Source: Eledone cirrhosa (Eukaryota). Taken from it: a stretch of 64,000 bases of DNA. The position numbers were made by a program, and so were the translations under genes. The first letter of the stretch is position 1. Each line of letters opens with the position of its first letter. The notes beneath the pieces are model-generated. The model was not told where the DNA came from and made no database searches. It was given only the letters and a program-made list of their open reading frames with translations. Below are positions 44,101 through 55,145 of this stretch, one piece after another. The stretch lies in assembly GCA_964016885.1 (NCBI GenBank), contig OZ024741.1, forward strand, positions 56,792,001-56,856,000, read 5' to 3'.

Positions 44101-44734
44101 TGTGTTGAGATGGAGGGTCTGTGGTTTTTCTCATATATATATATATATATACATAGTAGTAATAGTTTGGTAAAAGTATCAAAGGTATAGAGCAACCCAA
44201 ATCCGTAGGGCGAGTTTTTATATGATTATTAAGGAGAGTTACTACAAAGGCGCCGTACCAGGTACGTACGTTTCGTTGGTACGGAAGACCAGCTTGTTCA
44301 ACTGGTGCCGATGAAAATGTTACGGCACCGTTGTAGTAACTGGCCCTTAATAATTATATATATATATATATATATATATAATGTGTGTGTGTGTGTGTCT
44401 GTGTGTGTGTGTAATCCATCAATTGCCTTTATTTGAACGTACAACTAGAATATACCAAAGCCAACGACGAACCCAAGCAAAAGTAAATCCTACTCCTAAA
44501 ATGGACCCTACACATCAGATTCAGACTTCACAAAGAAGTATGTTAAACCACGTACATTCTTCTATCTCCCCATCTCCCAGTAAACCAACCAACCAACCAC
44601 CCGCAACAATTACTGGTAAGGAAATGACGGGCGTTATCAGTCTGCACCCGCAGTATTACGTAGTTTATGTATATATATTGGAAGGTAACACTTACATAGC
44701 ATGATTTATATTAAGGCATCTGCGATATGTTTAT

Positions 44735-46050
44735 CTACTTATATATATAACCAGCAATTTCTCTGTCTGTCTGTCCGACAGTGGAAACACGTGGGTAGAG
44801 AGAGAGAGTGAGAGTGAAAGAAAGAGACAGACTACGAGAGGGGGATAGCGGGAGGGAGAGAGGGTAGAGAGGGAGAGAGAGAGAATGAATAGACGCTAAA
44901 ACACGTGCTACAGCAACATTACCTTCCCCTCTCCACTGACTTTGGTCACTGAGGCCGAGGGAATCGCTGGTTGCTATAGAGACACCTTGCACAAGCCAGA
45001 AGTAACCAGTTCGAGGCGGTTCTGACTTGACACCATGCGAAGAAGGTTGCCATTGAATTTGTGGTTGTTGCTGCTGATAATAAGGACCATTTGAAGAAGG
45101 TTGCTGCTGATGAGGTAATTTATTAATCAGATTGCACAGTTCCATAACCTACGTTTGATTTGTTCAATTTTTTTTGTTTTTTTTTTTTATTTCTTATTGA
45201 AAAAATATAAATAATAAAATAAGGTTAGAAATTTAAATACAATTAAATACGATTTAATTTCCATTTCCAGCAGCCAATGTCCAGTGTTCAATTTCATGAA
45301 AAAATTGGAAATAATTCAAAAAATTGAAGTAACTTTTGAACATTTGTTTTGACAATAAAAAAAATATTTCCTTATTCACACCTAATGGTATGATTAACAT
45401 TTCATAGGAATATTTTTTTCTAACCGCCAGTTATTTAAATATTATTAAAAATAATTTTTTTTTTAAAAAGAATGGAAGATTTTGTGGATTTTTTTACCAC
45501 CTTCCAAGCCTTAAACACTAATTCTCGCGAATTTGTGTTTTGTAATGACCCTCAGGACGCTGCTATTGTTAATTCCAATAGTGCCTGGTATTCGAATATG
45601 TTAGTATACAATTTTTTGAATAAAATTAAGGCGCAATTAGCTGCCAAACAAAATTTTTTTCGGCTTCGGCCCATATTATATATATATATAATGGGGATGA
45701 TGATGATGATATACATAGTTACATATGTATATGTAATCTCCTTATAATATATAACCAGCAATTTCTCTGTCTGTCTGTCCGACAGTGGAAACACGTGCGC
45801 GCGTGCGAATGTTTTTTGCGCACGCGTAGAGAGAGAGTGAGAGTGAAAGAAAGAGAAGACTACGAGAGGGGGATAGCGGGAGGGAGAGAGGGAGAGAGAG
45901 AGAGAGTGAATAGACGCTAAAACACGTGCGCGCGTGCGAATGTTTTTTGCGCACGTGTAGATAGAGAGTGAGAGTGAAAGAAAGAGACAGACTACAAGAG
46001 GGGGATAGCGGGAGGGAGAGAGGGGGGAATTGAGGAGTGCTACAGAAACA
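44735..46050 (+). mobile_element. Repeated Helitron-like non-autonomous segments
   Basis: tatataaccagcaatttctctgtctgtctgtccgacagtggaaacacgtg plus a GA-rich block at about 44745 and 45750; the (CTGT)n near the start resembles Helitron-derived elements. Confidence 0.45.
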
Positions 46051-46059
46051 TATATACAT

Positions 46060-46440
46060 TTCTGTGTGTGTGTAATATATATATATATATACACACTCAG
46101 AAATATATATATATACACACAGAAATATAAATACATTTCTGTGTGTGTGTAATATATATATATATATACACACTCAGAAATATATATATATACACACAGA
46201 AATATAAATACATTTCTGTGTGTGTAATATATATATATATACACACAGAAATATATATACATTTCTGTGTGTGTAATATATATATATATCTATACACACA
46301 GAAATATATATACATTTCTGTGTGTGTAATATATATATATATACACACAGAAATATATATACATTTCTGTGTGTGTAATATATATATATATACACACAGA
46401 AATATATATACATTTCTGTGTGTGTAATATATATATATAC
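46060..46440. repeat. About 42-bp minisatellite of self-complementary units
   Basis: acacacagaaat-atatatac-atttctgtgtgt repeated about 7-8 times with TA spacers. Confidence 0.85.
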
Positions 46441-46477
46441 TAGCAGAAAACCACCCGGTGGGTGGTTTTCTGCTAGT

Positions 46478-46807
46478 CTATATATCTAGAACAGAGAATG
46501 TCTGTCCGTCTGTCTGTCTGTCTGACTCCCTAAAACTCGAGAACCACCGAACCGATTATTTTCAAATTTTACACATGTAAGACTTATGGTCCTGTGAGTG
46601 TTTTGAGCACAAAATATTTCAAATTTTCATTGCCGTAGGGACAGCATTAGGCGATTTAGCGATCTCTCTCTATAATTCTTAGTCTTTCTTTTTAGATAGA
46701 TACATGGATATAACGTTGCGCCCTTATAATATCTGTCTGTATGTCTGGCTGTCTGCATTACGACATTATGACGCTATCTGTGTGTGTGTGTATATGAACA
46801 TATAGTG

Positions 46808-46854
<47 letters not shown>

Positions 46855-47272
46855 AAAATTAAGATAATCAAAATTATGGGTGTCATGCCAGAAAGACATG
46901 CGGCATATCACCCGCAAAATAAGCTCTAAGATTCTAACGAATAGGTCCGAGCATTTTATAATAACTAGAAATTGATTAACATATAAATAAACAGGAATAA
47001 TCACAGGAGATAATTTTTACAAGTGTGTAAGCACACATAGCTAGGTAGGTAACTAAATAAAGTTAACCAGAACTTCAAAAATAGATACCTTATAATATGA
47101 TTAATCTTCCCTGTATATATTCCATTAAAGAAATATATTTCACCAATTAATCGAATGGCAAACCTTGGGGGCCGGTACTTGGATTTTCAACAAGGAAGAA
47201 GTCCAGCGATCTTTGTTTACACTTCAAGTTCAAATCAGCGACTGGCCAGCAACACGTGCTGTATCTACTAGA
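46478..47272 (+). mobile_element. Helitron-like non-autonomous element
   Basis: 5' tctatatat...gtctgtccgtctgtctgtctg...ctcgagaaccaccgaaccgattattttcaaatttt; 3' hairpin cagcaacacgtgctg followed by ctag. Confidence 0.5.
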
Positions 47273-47822
47273 AATACACACATCATACCAGCTTCGTCAC
47301 AGTGGCGTGAATAGGGTTATCGACAACTAGAAACAGCAGTCAAATCCTTTCAACAGAGTTAGCTCTACAATTAAGGAGCCGTATTTATATATCTATATCC
47401 AAAATTAAGATAATCAAAATTATGGGTGTCATGCCAGAAAGACATGCGCCATATCACCCGCAAAATAAGCTCTAAGATTCTAACGAATAGGTCCGAGCAT
47501 TTTATAATAACTAGAAATTGATTAACATATAAATAAACATGAATAATCCTGTGATTATTCATGTTTATTTATATGTTAATCAATTTCTAGTTATTATATA
47601 TATATATATATATATATATTGTTATATTTGGGGAGGGTCATATTTGCGTAATATTGCCAGAATTAATAACAGAACACACTCACTGTTTGGTTGGTTTTCG
47701 CTTCTCGCTGTCTTTTATATATATATATCTGCGATCTAACTTACTCGGTCCTCAATGTTGCCATTGACTGACCGGCGGTCAAAAATAATACAGATACAAT
47801 ATAGACAAACACATATATATAT

Positions 47823-47876
47823 AGTTTACATAAATCTTTCGCTGCACATCTGCAACATCGTCAGTGGTGTTATATT
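47823..47876 (-). ncRNA. pLTR hammerhead motif (family H), copy 1
   Basis: Reverse complement: aatataacacca CTGACGA t-gttgca-gatg-tgcagc GAAA gatttatgtaaac T; core and stem II are clear, stems I and III imperfect. Confidence 0.6.
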
Positions 47877-48141
47877 CATTGTTCCTCCTGCTGTGTTGTA
47901 TGTCTACGCCATTTTTTTTTTTTTTTTTTTTGTTCAGTCTGTCTATATATTTATTTATTTATTTGCTTGTTTGTTTATCTTATTTTATTTTGTCTTCTTT
48001 GCGCATGCGTTTGCGTGTGTGTATAGTGTTATGTGTGACTAGTGTGTATAGTGTTGTGTCTGCTGGGTGACTAGTGTGTGTTTATGTGCTTGTGTATGTA
48101 TTTATTTATCTCATTTTATTTAATTTAATTTACTTATTTAT

Positions 48142-51100
48142 TTATACTTCTCTTAGGTCAGTGTTGTTTGTTTGGGTGTTGTTGTTGTTCCACTCATTCT
48201 TTCTGTTTAGCTTTGGTCTTCTAATTTCTATTTCACTGGCCTCTCTGATTTGCCTATCTGCTGGGTCATTCCTATGTTTAGATATTATTCTAATTTCTAT
48301 GTTGTCTATGTTACCGTCATGATGTTGTCTAGCATGTTCGTATAGTACTGACCCGTTTTTTCGTCCTTTTAGTTCCCCCCAGTGTTGGTCTATCCTTTCA
48401 CCTATGCTACGAGCTGTCTCACCTATGTATGTTGTTGTCGTGTTTCTGCAAGTACCCTCTGTACATCTTATGCTATAGACTACGTTTCTAGTTTTACAGT
48501 TTATCCGGGGGTTCACCTTACATATGATACATTTCCTATTGGTACAGTGGGTTTTCTTAAAAGGGTAGGTTTTGCTGATCAGGGATTTTATGGTGGTTCC
48601 TGGCTTTTCTACCACCTTTATTTTTAAGTGGGTCTTTCTCAGGGCCTTTCTACACTGGTTAGCTAATTTCCCTCCAGGGGTGGCGTCCACAAACATGACA
48701 CTCTGATATCTCTGGTTGTCGTACCATGATGTGGCCTTCCCTATCTTATGTCTAGCCCTATCTAAGCTATTCCATGATTTGCTCCTGTATAGTGGGCAAA
48801 TTCCTTTCATGTCCAGTTCTATGAGGGTCTTATACTTTTCCATGGCTCCTTCGTATACTCTGACTCTGTCTCTTTGGTTGTAGCCAGAGAACTGCATGCG
48901 GTTGATGAAGTGTTGGATGTGTCCTTCCATTTCTGTTGGGTCGCACATGCTGGACACATTCTTCATCACTCGTACCAAATCTGCGATCAGAATATTAGAC
49001 TTAGCACTACTGGACATTGCTGAGTTTTTGAGTATCAGGTATTTGGAGGCCATGGGTTTAGCATAGTGTGAGTGGAGAATTTGGGCTCTCTCGTCTATAG
49101 TGTTAATCCAGAGTTCTGTGTCTAATACAGGTAGTCTATTGTTAGGGTGTTTGGAAGGGAAGTCTATAGTTACAGTTATACTCTGGTGTATGGAATTAGC
49201 TATCTGCTGGATGCTTTCCATCGTGCTACGTTCTAAATCAAACTTGTTAGTGCTCTCTAGTGGGGGTGTTCTTATAACTATATTGATATCGTCTACATAA
49301 CGAGAGTACATGATGAGGTCTATGGAGCTTTCATTAAGGAGATCTTTAAGTCTCCTTTCCCACCATACCATGAAAAGGTTGGCAACATCGCCAGCTATGC
49401 TGACGCCGATGGCTGCTCCCTCATTTTGGGTGTAGATTTTCTCATTGAACTTAAATATGTGGCCCTTTAGGGTAGTTTTGATACTAGCCCCTATTGCATG
49501 TGCGACCATTTTTCTTACCTGATCAGTGTTTTGGGGGGTCCGTATAGCTTTGGTCCACCCAATCCACCTTCCTATGGGAGTCTTTTTAGCCATTGAGGTT
49601 ATGGTGGGGGGTCTACCTCTTATAGGTCTACTAGGGCAGAAACATCTAAGGTCATGGCTGTCTAGGTAGTCAGTGTCGTAGGTAAGTCTAAGTAGGAGGC
49701 CCAGTTCGTCTGTGTCGACGTCGCAGAACTCCACCTCACTCTCAATGATCATCTCCACACATCTTTTCACAGCAAAATCAATGTTAATGGATGGGTACAG
49801 TGACACCACATCCATGCTGCCTATTATGCAGTTGGATAGGCTCCTGTTTTTGTTGCACTCACTGATTCTGCTGAGGAGGTCCTCTGTACTTTCACATACA
49901 TCTGGGGACATCTTGATTATGGGGCGTATAACCATTGAGAGGAAGTAGGAGATCCTGTAGTTGCTAGCTATATTAGCTCCGCATACAGGTCTTGTTGGTG
50001 GTCCTATTGTCGGGTCGTCGACTGTCTTGTGGTCTTTGCGGAGCCCATACAAGGGTGGTATGCCATTGTTAGACGCCTGGAAGTTGTTGGCAGTGCGTCT
50101 GCTTGGCTTTAGGATGTCAGTCCACATCATCATGTGAGCGTTGAGGATTTTTTCTCTCCCATCGTGTGTTAGTTGTGCAACTTCGCTCGTGTTGGTGATG
50201 TGGGGTTGCATTGCCTCGATGTAGTTCGGCATGCTATCTATTGACATCCTACCAGACTTATCTGTGGGTAGACACACTACCTCACCATCCCTTGTGCGCT
50301 GCTTGAGGCTAACCAAGCCTTCTACAGGTTTTATCCCAAGTTGTTGGGCCTCTGGTCTGCTCTGTCTCATAGTGTACCTGTCTACTACTTGTCTAATCTT
50401 ATTTCTAGCTATGGTGAACTGTGCCTCCGTCTCGTCATCTATTTGTTGTGGTATGCAAACTCTTTTATTAAAGGGTAACCTCGTAGGATAGATATTACCC
50501 ATCTTATATGTTTTGTCAGCTGGGTTGAAAAATAGTTTCTCTAAGGGGTTGTCGTTATTTCTATCGTCATAGTTGTGTGTGTTGCTATTATTGTTATCAT
50601 GGTGGTTGTTGTTGTTTCTATCCTTAGCATTAATATTATTATTGTTATGATTGCTAGATGTATTGTTGTTTACTTCACCGTTATTGTTGTTGTTGTTACT
50701 GCTATTTCTACCATTGTGGTTGTTACTATTATTATGTTTCTTGTTTTTGTTGATGTTGCTACATGTACTATTTCCATTATTACCACTGTGGTTATTGTTG
50801 TTGTTGTTGTTCGTATTGTTACCGTTATTACTACTGTGGTCACTGTTGCTGTGTCTGTGGTTAACGTTTCTATTATTATTATTATTGTGGTTGTTGTTGT
50901 TCTGTCTATCGCTAGTATTATTACCATTATCACTATTTCTCACTTTCCTGCCATTGTTATCGTTATGGCTGTTATTTCTATACCCAGAGTTATTGTTTAT
51001 ATTACTACTACCGTTATTATTGTTGTTGTTGTTTACCTTTGCATTCCAACGTATTTTTGTGAAACACTTTTCCAGCTCCGTTTTGCATTCCATAGGATTA

Positions 51101-51774
51101 ATCTTTTTGTAGATGGCAAATTTTGGTGGTAACTTTAGGATTTGTTGTTCTTGTTCACTGATTAAAGTGTTCCCATAGATATTTACTGTGTGGTCATTGG
51201 TAAATTCTTCCGGTAGTTTTACATCACTCATACGGATGTTGTCGATGTTATCTGGGTATTTTTGAGAATATTCGATTTTCCTTTCTTGTAGTTTTTTCTT
51301 ATTCATCCATTCTAATTTCTTCTTGAAATGCCTACAGCATTCGTTTTGAGCATATTTCGTTTCGCGTCGGATGACGCTCATGAAGTCATCTCTCTCGTTT
51401 GCTGTGATGAGATTTCGGATTTCCTTACCGTTGATGCGTTTTTGTCTGTAGAGTGCGTTGACTTTTGTGTATGTTGTTCTTTTCATATTAACTGTTATTG
51501 TGTGTTTTAGCCGTTCAGCTTGTGTTTTGTTCAATAATAAATTATTTACTTGTTTTGATATGTTTGTTGTGTATGTTTTGGAGGAAACACAGTGTTTTAA
51601 GAAGCGGATTTGTTCTGTTGTTATTGTAGTTTTTATATAACAGAAAACAGTGTCTTTCAATAACCTTTCAGCTTGGCACAAGCTAATGCCATAGCGGCGA
51701 TGAATTAGTTTTGCGAGGTTTTTTATATGAAATCGTGTGTCGAAACAGATATTGTTATATTTGGGGAGGGTCAT
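48142..51774 (-). CDS. Intact PLE polyprotein, 1210 aa: N-terminal domain, Asn-rich tract, RT, Cys linker, C-terminal GIY-YIG endonuclease
   Basis: LKLPPKFA, PTDKSGR, LYGLRKDHK, RPVCGA, SMDVVSLYPSI, QNEGAAIG, YSRYVDDI, LPVLDTELW, YAKPMAS, CTNRKCIIC, NVVYSIRC...YIGETARS..ERIDQH, EHARQHH, REASEI..RPKLN. Confidence 0.95.
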   Translation of the reverse strand: MTLPKYNNICFDTRFHIKNLAKLIHRRYGISLCQAERLLKDTVFCYIKTTITTEQIRFLKHCVSSKTYTTNISKQVNNLLLNKTQAERLKHTITVNMKRTTYTKVNALYRQKRINGKEIRNLITANERDDFMSVIRRETKYAQNECCRHFKKKLEWMNKKKLQERKIEYSQKYPDNIDNIRMSDVKLPEEFTNDHTVNIYGNTLISEQEQQILKLPPKFAIYKKINPMECKTELEKCFTKIRWNAKVNNNNNNNGSSNINNNSGYRNNSHNDNNGRKVRNSDNGNNTSDRQNNNNHNNNNNRNVNHRHSNSDHSSNNGNNTNNNNNNNHSGNNGNSTCSNINKNKKHNNSNNHNGRNSSNNNNNNGEVNNNTSSNHNNNNINAKDRNNNNHHDNNNSNTHNYDDRNNDNPLEKLFFNPADKTYKMGNIYPTRLPFNKRVCIPQQIDDETEAQFTIARNKIRQVVDRYTMRQSRPEAQQLGIKPVEGLVSLKQRTRDGEVVCLPTDKSGRMSIDSMPNYIEAMQPHITNTSEVAQLTHDGREKILNAHMMMWTDILKPSRRTANNFQASNNGIPPLYGLRKDHKTVDDPTIGPPTRPVCGANIASNYRISYFLSMVIRPIIKMSPDVCESTEDLLSRISECNKNRSLSNCIIGSMDVVSLYPSINIDFAVKRCVEMIIESEVEFCDVDTDELGLLLRLTYDTDYLDSHDLRCFCPSRPIRGRPPTITSMAKKTPIGRWIGWTKAIRTPQNTDQVRKMVAHAIGASIKTTLKGHIFKFNEKIYTQNEGAAIGVSIAGDVANLFMVWWERRLKDLLNESSIDLIMYSRYVDDINIVIRTPPLESTNKFDLERSTMESIQQIANSIHQSITVTIDFPSKHPNNRLPVLDTELWINTIDERAQILHSHYAKPMASKYLILKNSAMSSSAKSNILIADLVRVMKNVSSMCDPTEMEGHIQHFINRMQFSGYNQRDRVRVYEGAMEKYKTLIELDMKGICPLYRSKSWNSLDRARHKIGKATSWYDNQRYQSVMFVDATPGGKLANQCRKALRKTHLKIKVVEKPGTTIKSLISKTYPFKKTHCTNRKCIICKVNPRINCKTRNVVYSIRCTEGTCRNTTTTYIGETARSIGERIDQHWGELKGRKNGSVLYEHARQHHDGNIDNIEIRIISKHRNDPADRQIREASEIEIRRPKLNRKNEWNNNNTQTNNTDLREV

Positions 51775-52274
51775 ATTTGCGTAATATTGCCAGAATTAAT
51801 AACAGAACACACTCACTGTTTGGTTGGTTTTCGCTTCTCGCTGTCTTTTATATATATATATCTGCGATCTAACTTACTCGGTCCTCAATGTTGCCATTGA
51901 CTGACCGGCGGTCAAAAATAATACAGATACAATATAGACAAACACATATATATATAGTTTACATAAATCTTTCGCTGCACATCTGCAACATCGTCAGTGG
52001 TGTTATATTCATTGTTCCTCCTGCTGTGTTGTATGTCTACGCCATTTTTTTTTTTTTTTTTTTTGTTCAGTCTGTCTATATATTTATTTATTTATTTGCT
52101 TGTTTGTTTATCTTATTTTATTTTGTCTTCTTTGCGCATGCGTTTGCGTGTGTGTATAGTGTTATGTGTGACTAGTGTGTATAGTGTTGTGTCTGCTGGG
52201 TGACTAGTGTGTGTTTATGTGCTTGTGTATGTATTTATTTATCTCATTTTATTTTATTTAATTTACTTATTTAT
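51749..52274 (-). repeat. PLE pseudo-LTR (direct repeat of 47616-48141; inverted at 57375-57899)
   Basis: Near-identical sequence at three positions; it forms the 3'UTR of copy 2 and the 5' leader of copy 1. Confidence 0.92.
51956..52009 (-). ncRNA. pLTR hammerhead motif (family H), copy 2
   Basis: Identical to 47823-47876. Confidence 0.6.
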
Positions 52275-55144
52275 TTATACTTCTCTTAGGTCAGTGTTGT
52301 TTGTTTGGGTGTTGTTGTTGTTCCACTCATTCTTTCTGTTTAGCTTTGGTCTTCTAATTTCTATTTCACTGGCCTCTCTGATTTGCCTATCTGCTGGGTC
52401 ATTCCTATGTTTAGATATTATTCTAATTTCTATGTTGTCTATGTTACCGTCATGATGTTGTCTAGCATGTTCGTATAGTACTGACCCGTTTTTTCGTCCT
52501 TTTAGTTCCCCCCAGTGTTGGTCTATCCTTTCACCTATGCTACGAGCTGTCTCACCTATGTATGTTTTTGTCGTGTTTCTGCAAGTACCCTCTGTACATC
52601 TTATGCTATAGACTACGTTTCTAGTTTTACAGTTTATCCGGGGGTTCACCTTACATATGATACATTTCCTATTGGTACAGTGGGTTTTCTTAAAAGGGTA
52701 GGTTTTGCTGATCAGGGATTTTATGGTGGTTCCTGGCTTTTCTACCACCTTTATTTTTAAGTGGGTCTTTCTCAGGGCCTTTCTACACTGGTTAGCTAAT
52801 TTCCCTCCAGGGGTGGCGTCCACAAACATGACACTCTGATATCTCTGGTTGTCGTACCATGATGTGGCCTTCCCTATCTTATGTCTAGCCCTATCTAAGC
52901 TATTCCATGATTTGCTCCTGTATAGTGGGCAAATTCCTTTCATGTCCAGTTCTATGAGGGTCTTATACTTTTCCATGGCTCCTTCGTATACTCTGACTCT
53001 GTCTCTTTGGTTGTAGCCAGAGAACTGCATGCGGTTGATGAAGTGTTGGATGTGTCCTTCCATTTCTGTTGGGTCGCACATGCTGGACACATTCTTCATC
53101 ACTCGTACCAAATCTGCGATCAGAATATTAGACTTAGCACTACTGGACATTGCTGAGTTTTTGAGTATCAGGTATTTGGAGGCCATGGGTTTAGCATAGT
53201 GTGAGTGGAGAATTTGGGCTCTCTCGTCTATAGTGTTAATCCAGAGTTCTGTGTCTAATACAGGTAGTCTATTGTTAGGGTGTTTGGAAGGGAAGTCTAT
53301 AGTTACAGTTATACTCTGGTGTATGGAATTAGCTATCTGCTGGATGCTTTCCATCGTGCTACGTTCTAAATCAAACTTGTTAGTGCTCTCTAGTGGGGGT
53401 GTTCTTATAACTATATTGATATCGTCTACATAACGAGAGTACATGATGAGGTCTATGGAGCTTTCATTAAGGAGATCTTTAAGTCTCCTTTCCCACCATA
53501 CCATGAAAAGGTTGGCAACATCGCCAGCTATGCTGACGCCGATGGCTGCTCCCTCATTTTGGGTGTAGATTTTCTCATTGAACTTAAATATGTGGCCCTT
53601 TAGGGTAGTTTTGATACTAGCCCCTATTGCATGTGCGACCATTTTTCTTACCTGATCAGTGTTTTGGGGGGTCCGTATAGCTTTGGTCCACCCAATCCAC
53701 CTTCCTATGGGAGTCTTTTTAGCCATTGAGGTTATGGTGGGGGGTCTACCTCTTATAGGTCTACTAGGGCAGAAACATCTAAGGTCATGGCTGTCTAGGT
53801 AGTCAGTGTCGTAGGTAAGTCTAAGTAGGAGGCCCAGTTCGTCTGTGTCGACGTCGCAGAACTCCACCTCACTCTCAATGATCATCTCCACACATCTTTT
53901 CACAGCAAAATCAATGTTAATGGATGGGTACAGTGACACCACATCCATGCTGCCTATTATGCAGTTGGATAGGCTCCTGTTTTTGTTGCACTCACTGATT
54001 CTGCTGAGGAGGTCCTCTGTACTTTCACATACATCTGGGGACATCTTGATTATGGGGCGTATAACCATTGAGAGGAAGTAGGAGATCCTGTAGTTGCTAG
54101 CTATATTAGCTCCGCATACAGGTCTTGTTGGTGGTCCTATTGTCGGGTCGTCGACTGTCTTGTGGTCTTTGCGGAGCCCATACAAGGGTGGTATGCCATT
54201 GTTAGACGCCTGGAAGTTGTTGGCAGTGCGTCTGCTTGGCTTTAGGATGTCAGTCCACATCATCATGTGAGCGTTGAGGATTTTTTCTCTCCCATCGTGT
54301 GTTAGTTGTGCAACTTCGCTCGTGTTGGTGATGTGGGGTTGCATTGCCTCGATGTAGTTCGGCATGCTATCTATTGACATCCTACCAGACTTATCTGTGG
54401 GTAGACACACTACCTCACCATCCCTTGTGCGCTGCTTGAGGCTAACCAAGCCTTCTACAGGTTTTATCCCAAGTTGTTGGGCCTCTGGTCTGCTCTGTCT
54501 CATAGTGTACCTGTCTACTACTTGTCTAATCTTATTTCTAGCTATGGTGAACTGTGCCTCCGTCTCGTCATCTATTTGTTGTGGTATGCAAACTCTTTTA
54601 TTAAAGGGTAACCTCGTAGGATAGATATTACCCATCTTATATGTTTTGTCAGCTGGGTTGAAAAATAGTTTCTCTAAGGGGTTGTCGTTATTTCTATCGT
54701 CATAGTTGTGTGTGTTGCTATTATTGTTATCATGGTGGTTGTTGTTGTTTCTATCCTTAGCATTAATATTATTATTGTTATGATTGCTAGATGTATTGTT
54801 GTTTACTTCACCGTTATTGTTGTTGTTGTTACTGCTATTTCTACCATTGTGGTTGTTACTATTATTATGTTTCTTGTTTTTGTTGATGTTGCTACATGTA
54901 CTATTTCCATTATTACCACTGTGGTTATTGTTGTTGTTGTTGTTCGTATTGTTACCGTTATTACTACTGTGGTCACTGTTGCTGTGTCTGTGGTTAACGT
55001 TTCTATTATTATTATTATTGTGGTTGTTGTTGTTCTGTCTATCGCTAGTATTATTACCATTATCACTATTTCTCACTTTCCTGCCATTGTTATGGTTATG
55101 GCTGTTATTTCTATACCCAGAGTTATTGTTTATATTACTACTAC
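52275..55144 (-). pseudogene. 5'-truncated PLE ORF copy 2 (Asn tract, RT and EN intact; N-terminus missing)
   Basis: Matches copy 1 from SSNINNNSG onward, with D>H and T>K substitutions. Confidence 0.9.
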
Positions 55145-55145
55145 T

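Noticed and set aside
50575-51132. Val/Ile/Leu-rich plus-strand ORFs
   Set aside because: Antisense shadows of the AAC/AAT-rich region of the PLE ORF
54708-55145. Hydrophobic N-terminus of the 888-aa ORF suggesting a membrane-anchored RT
   Set aside because: It is the antisense reading of the Asn-rich tract, fused by the inversion junction
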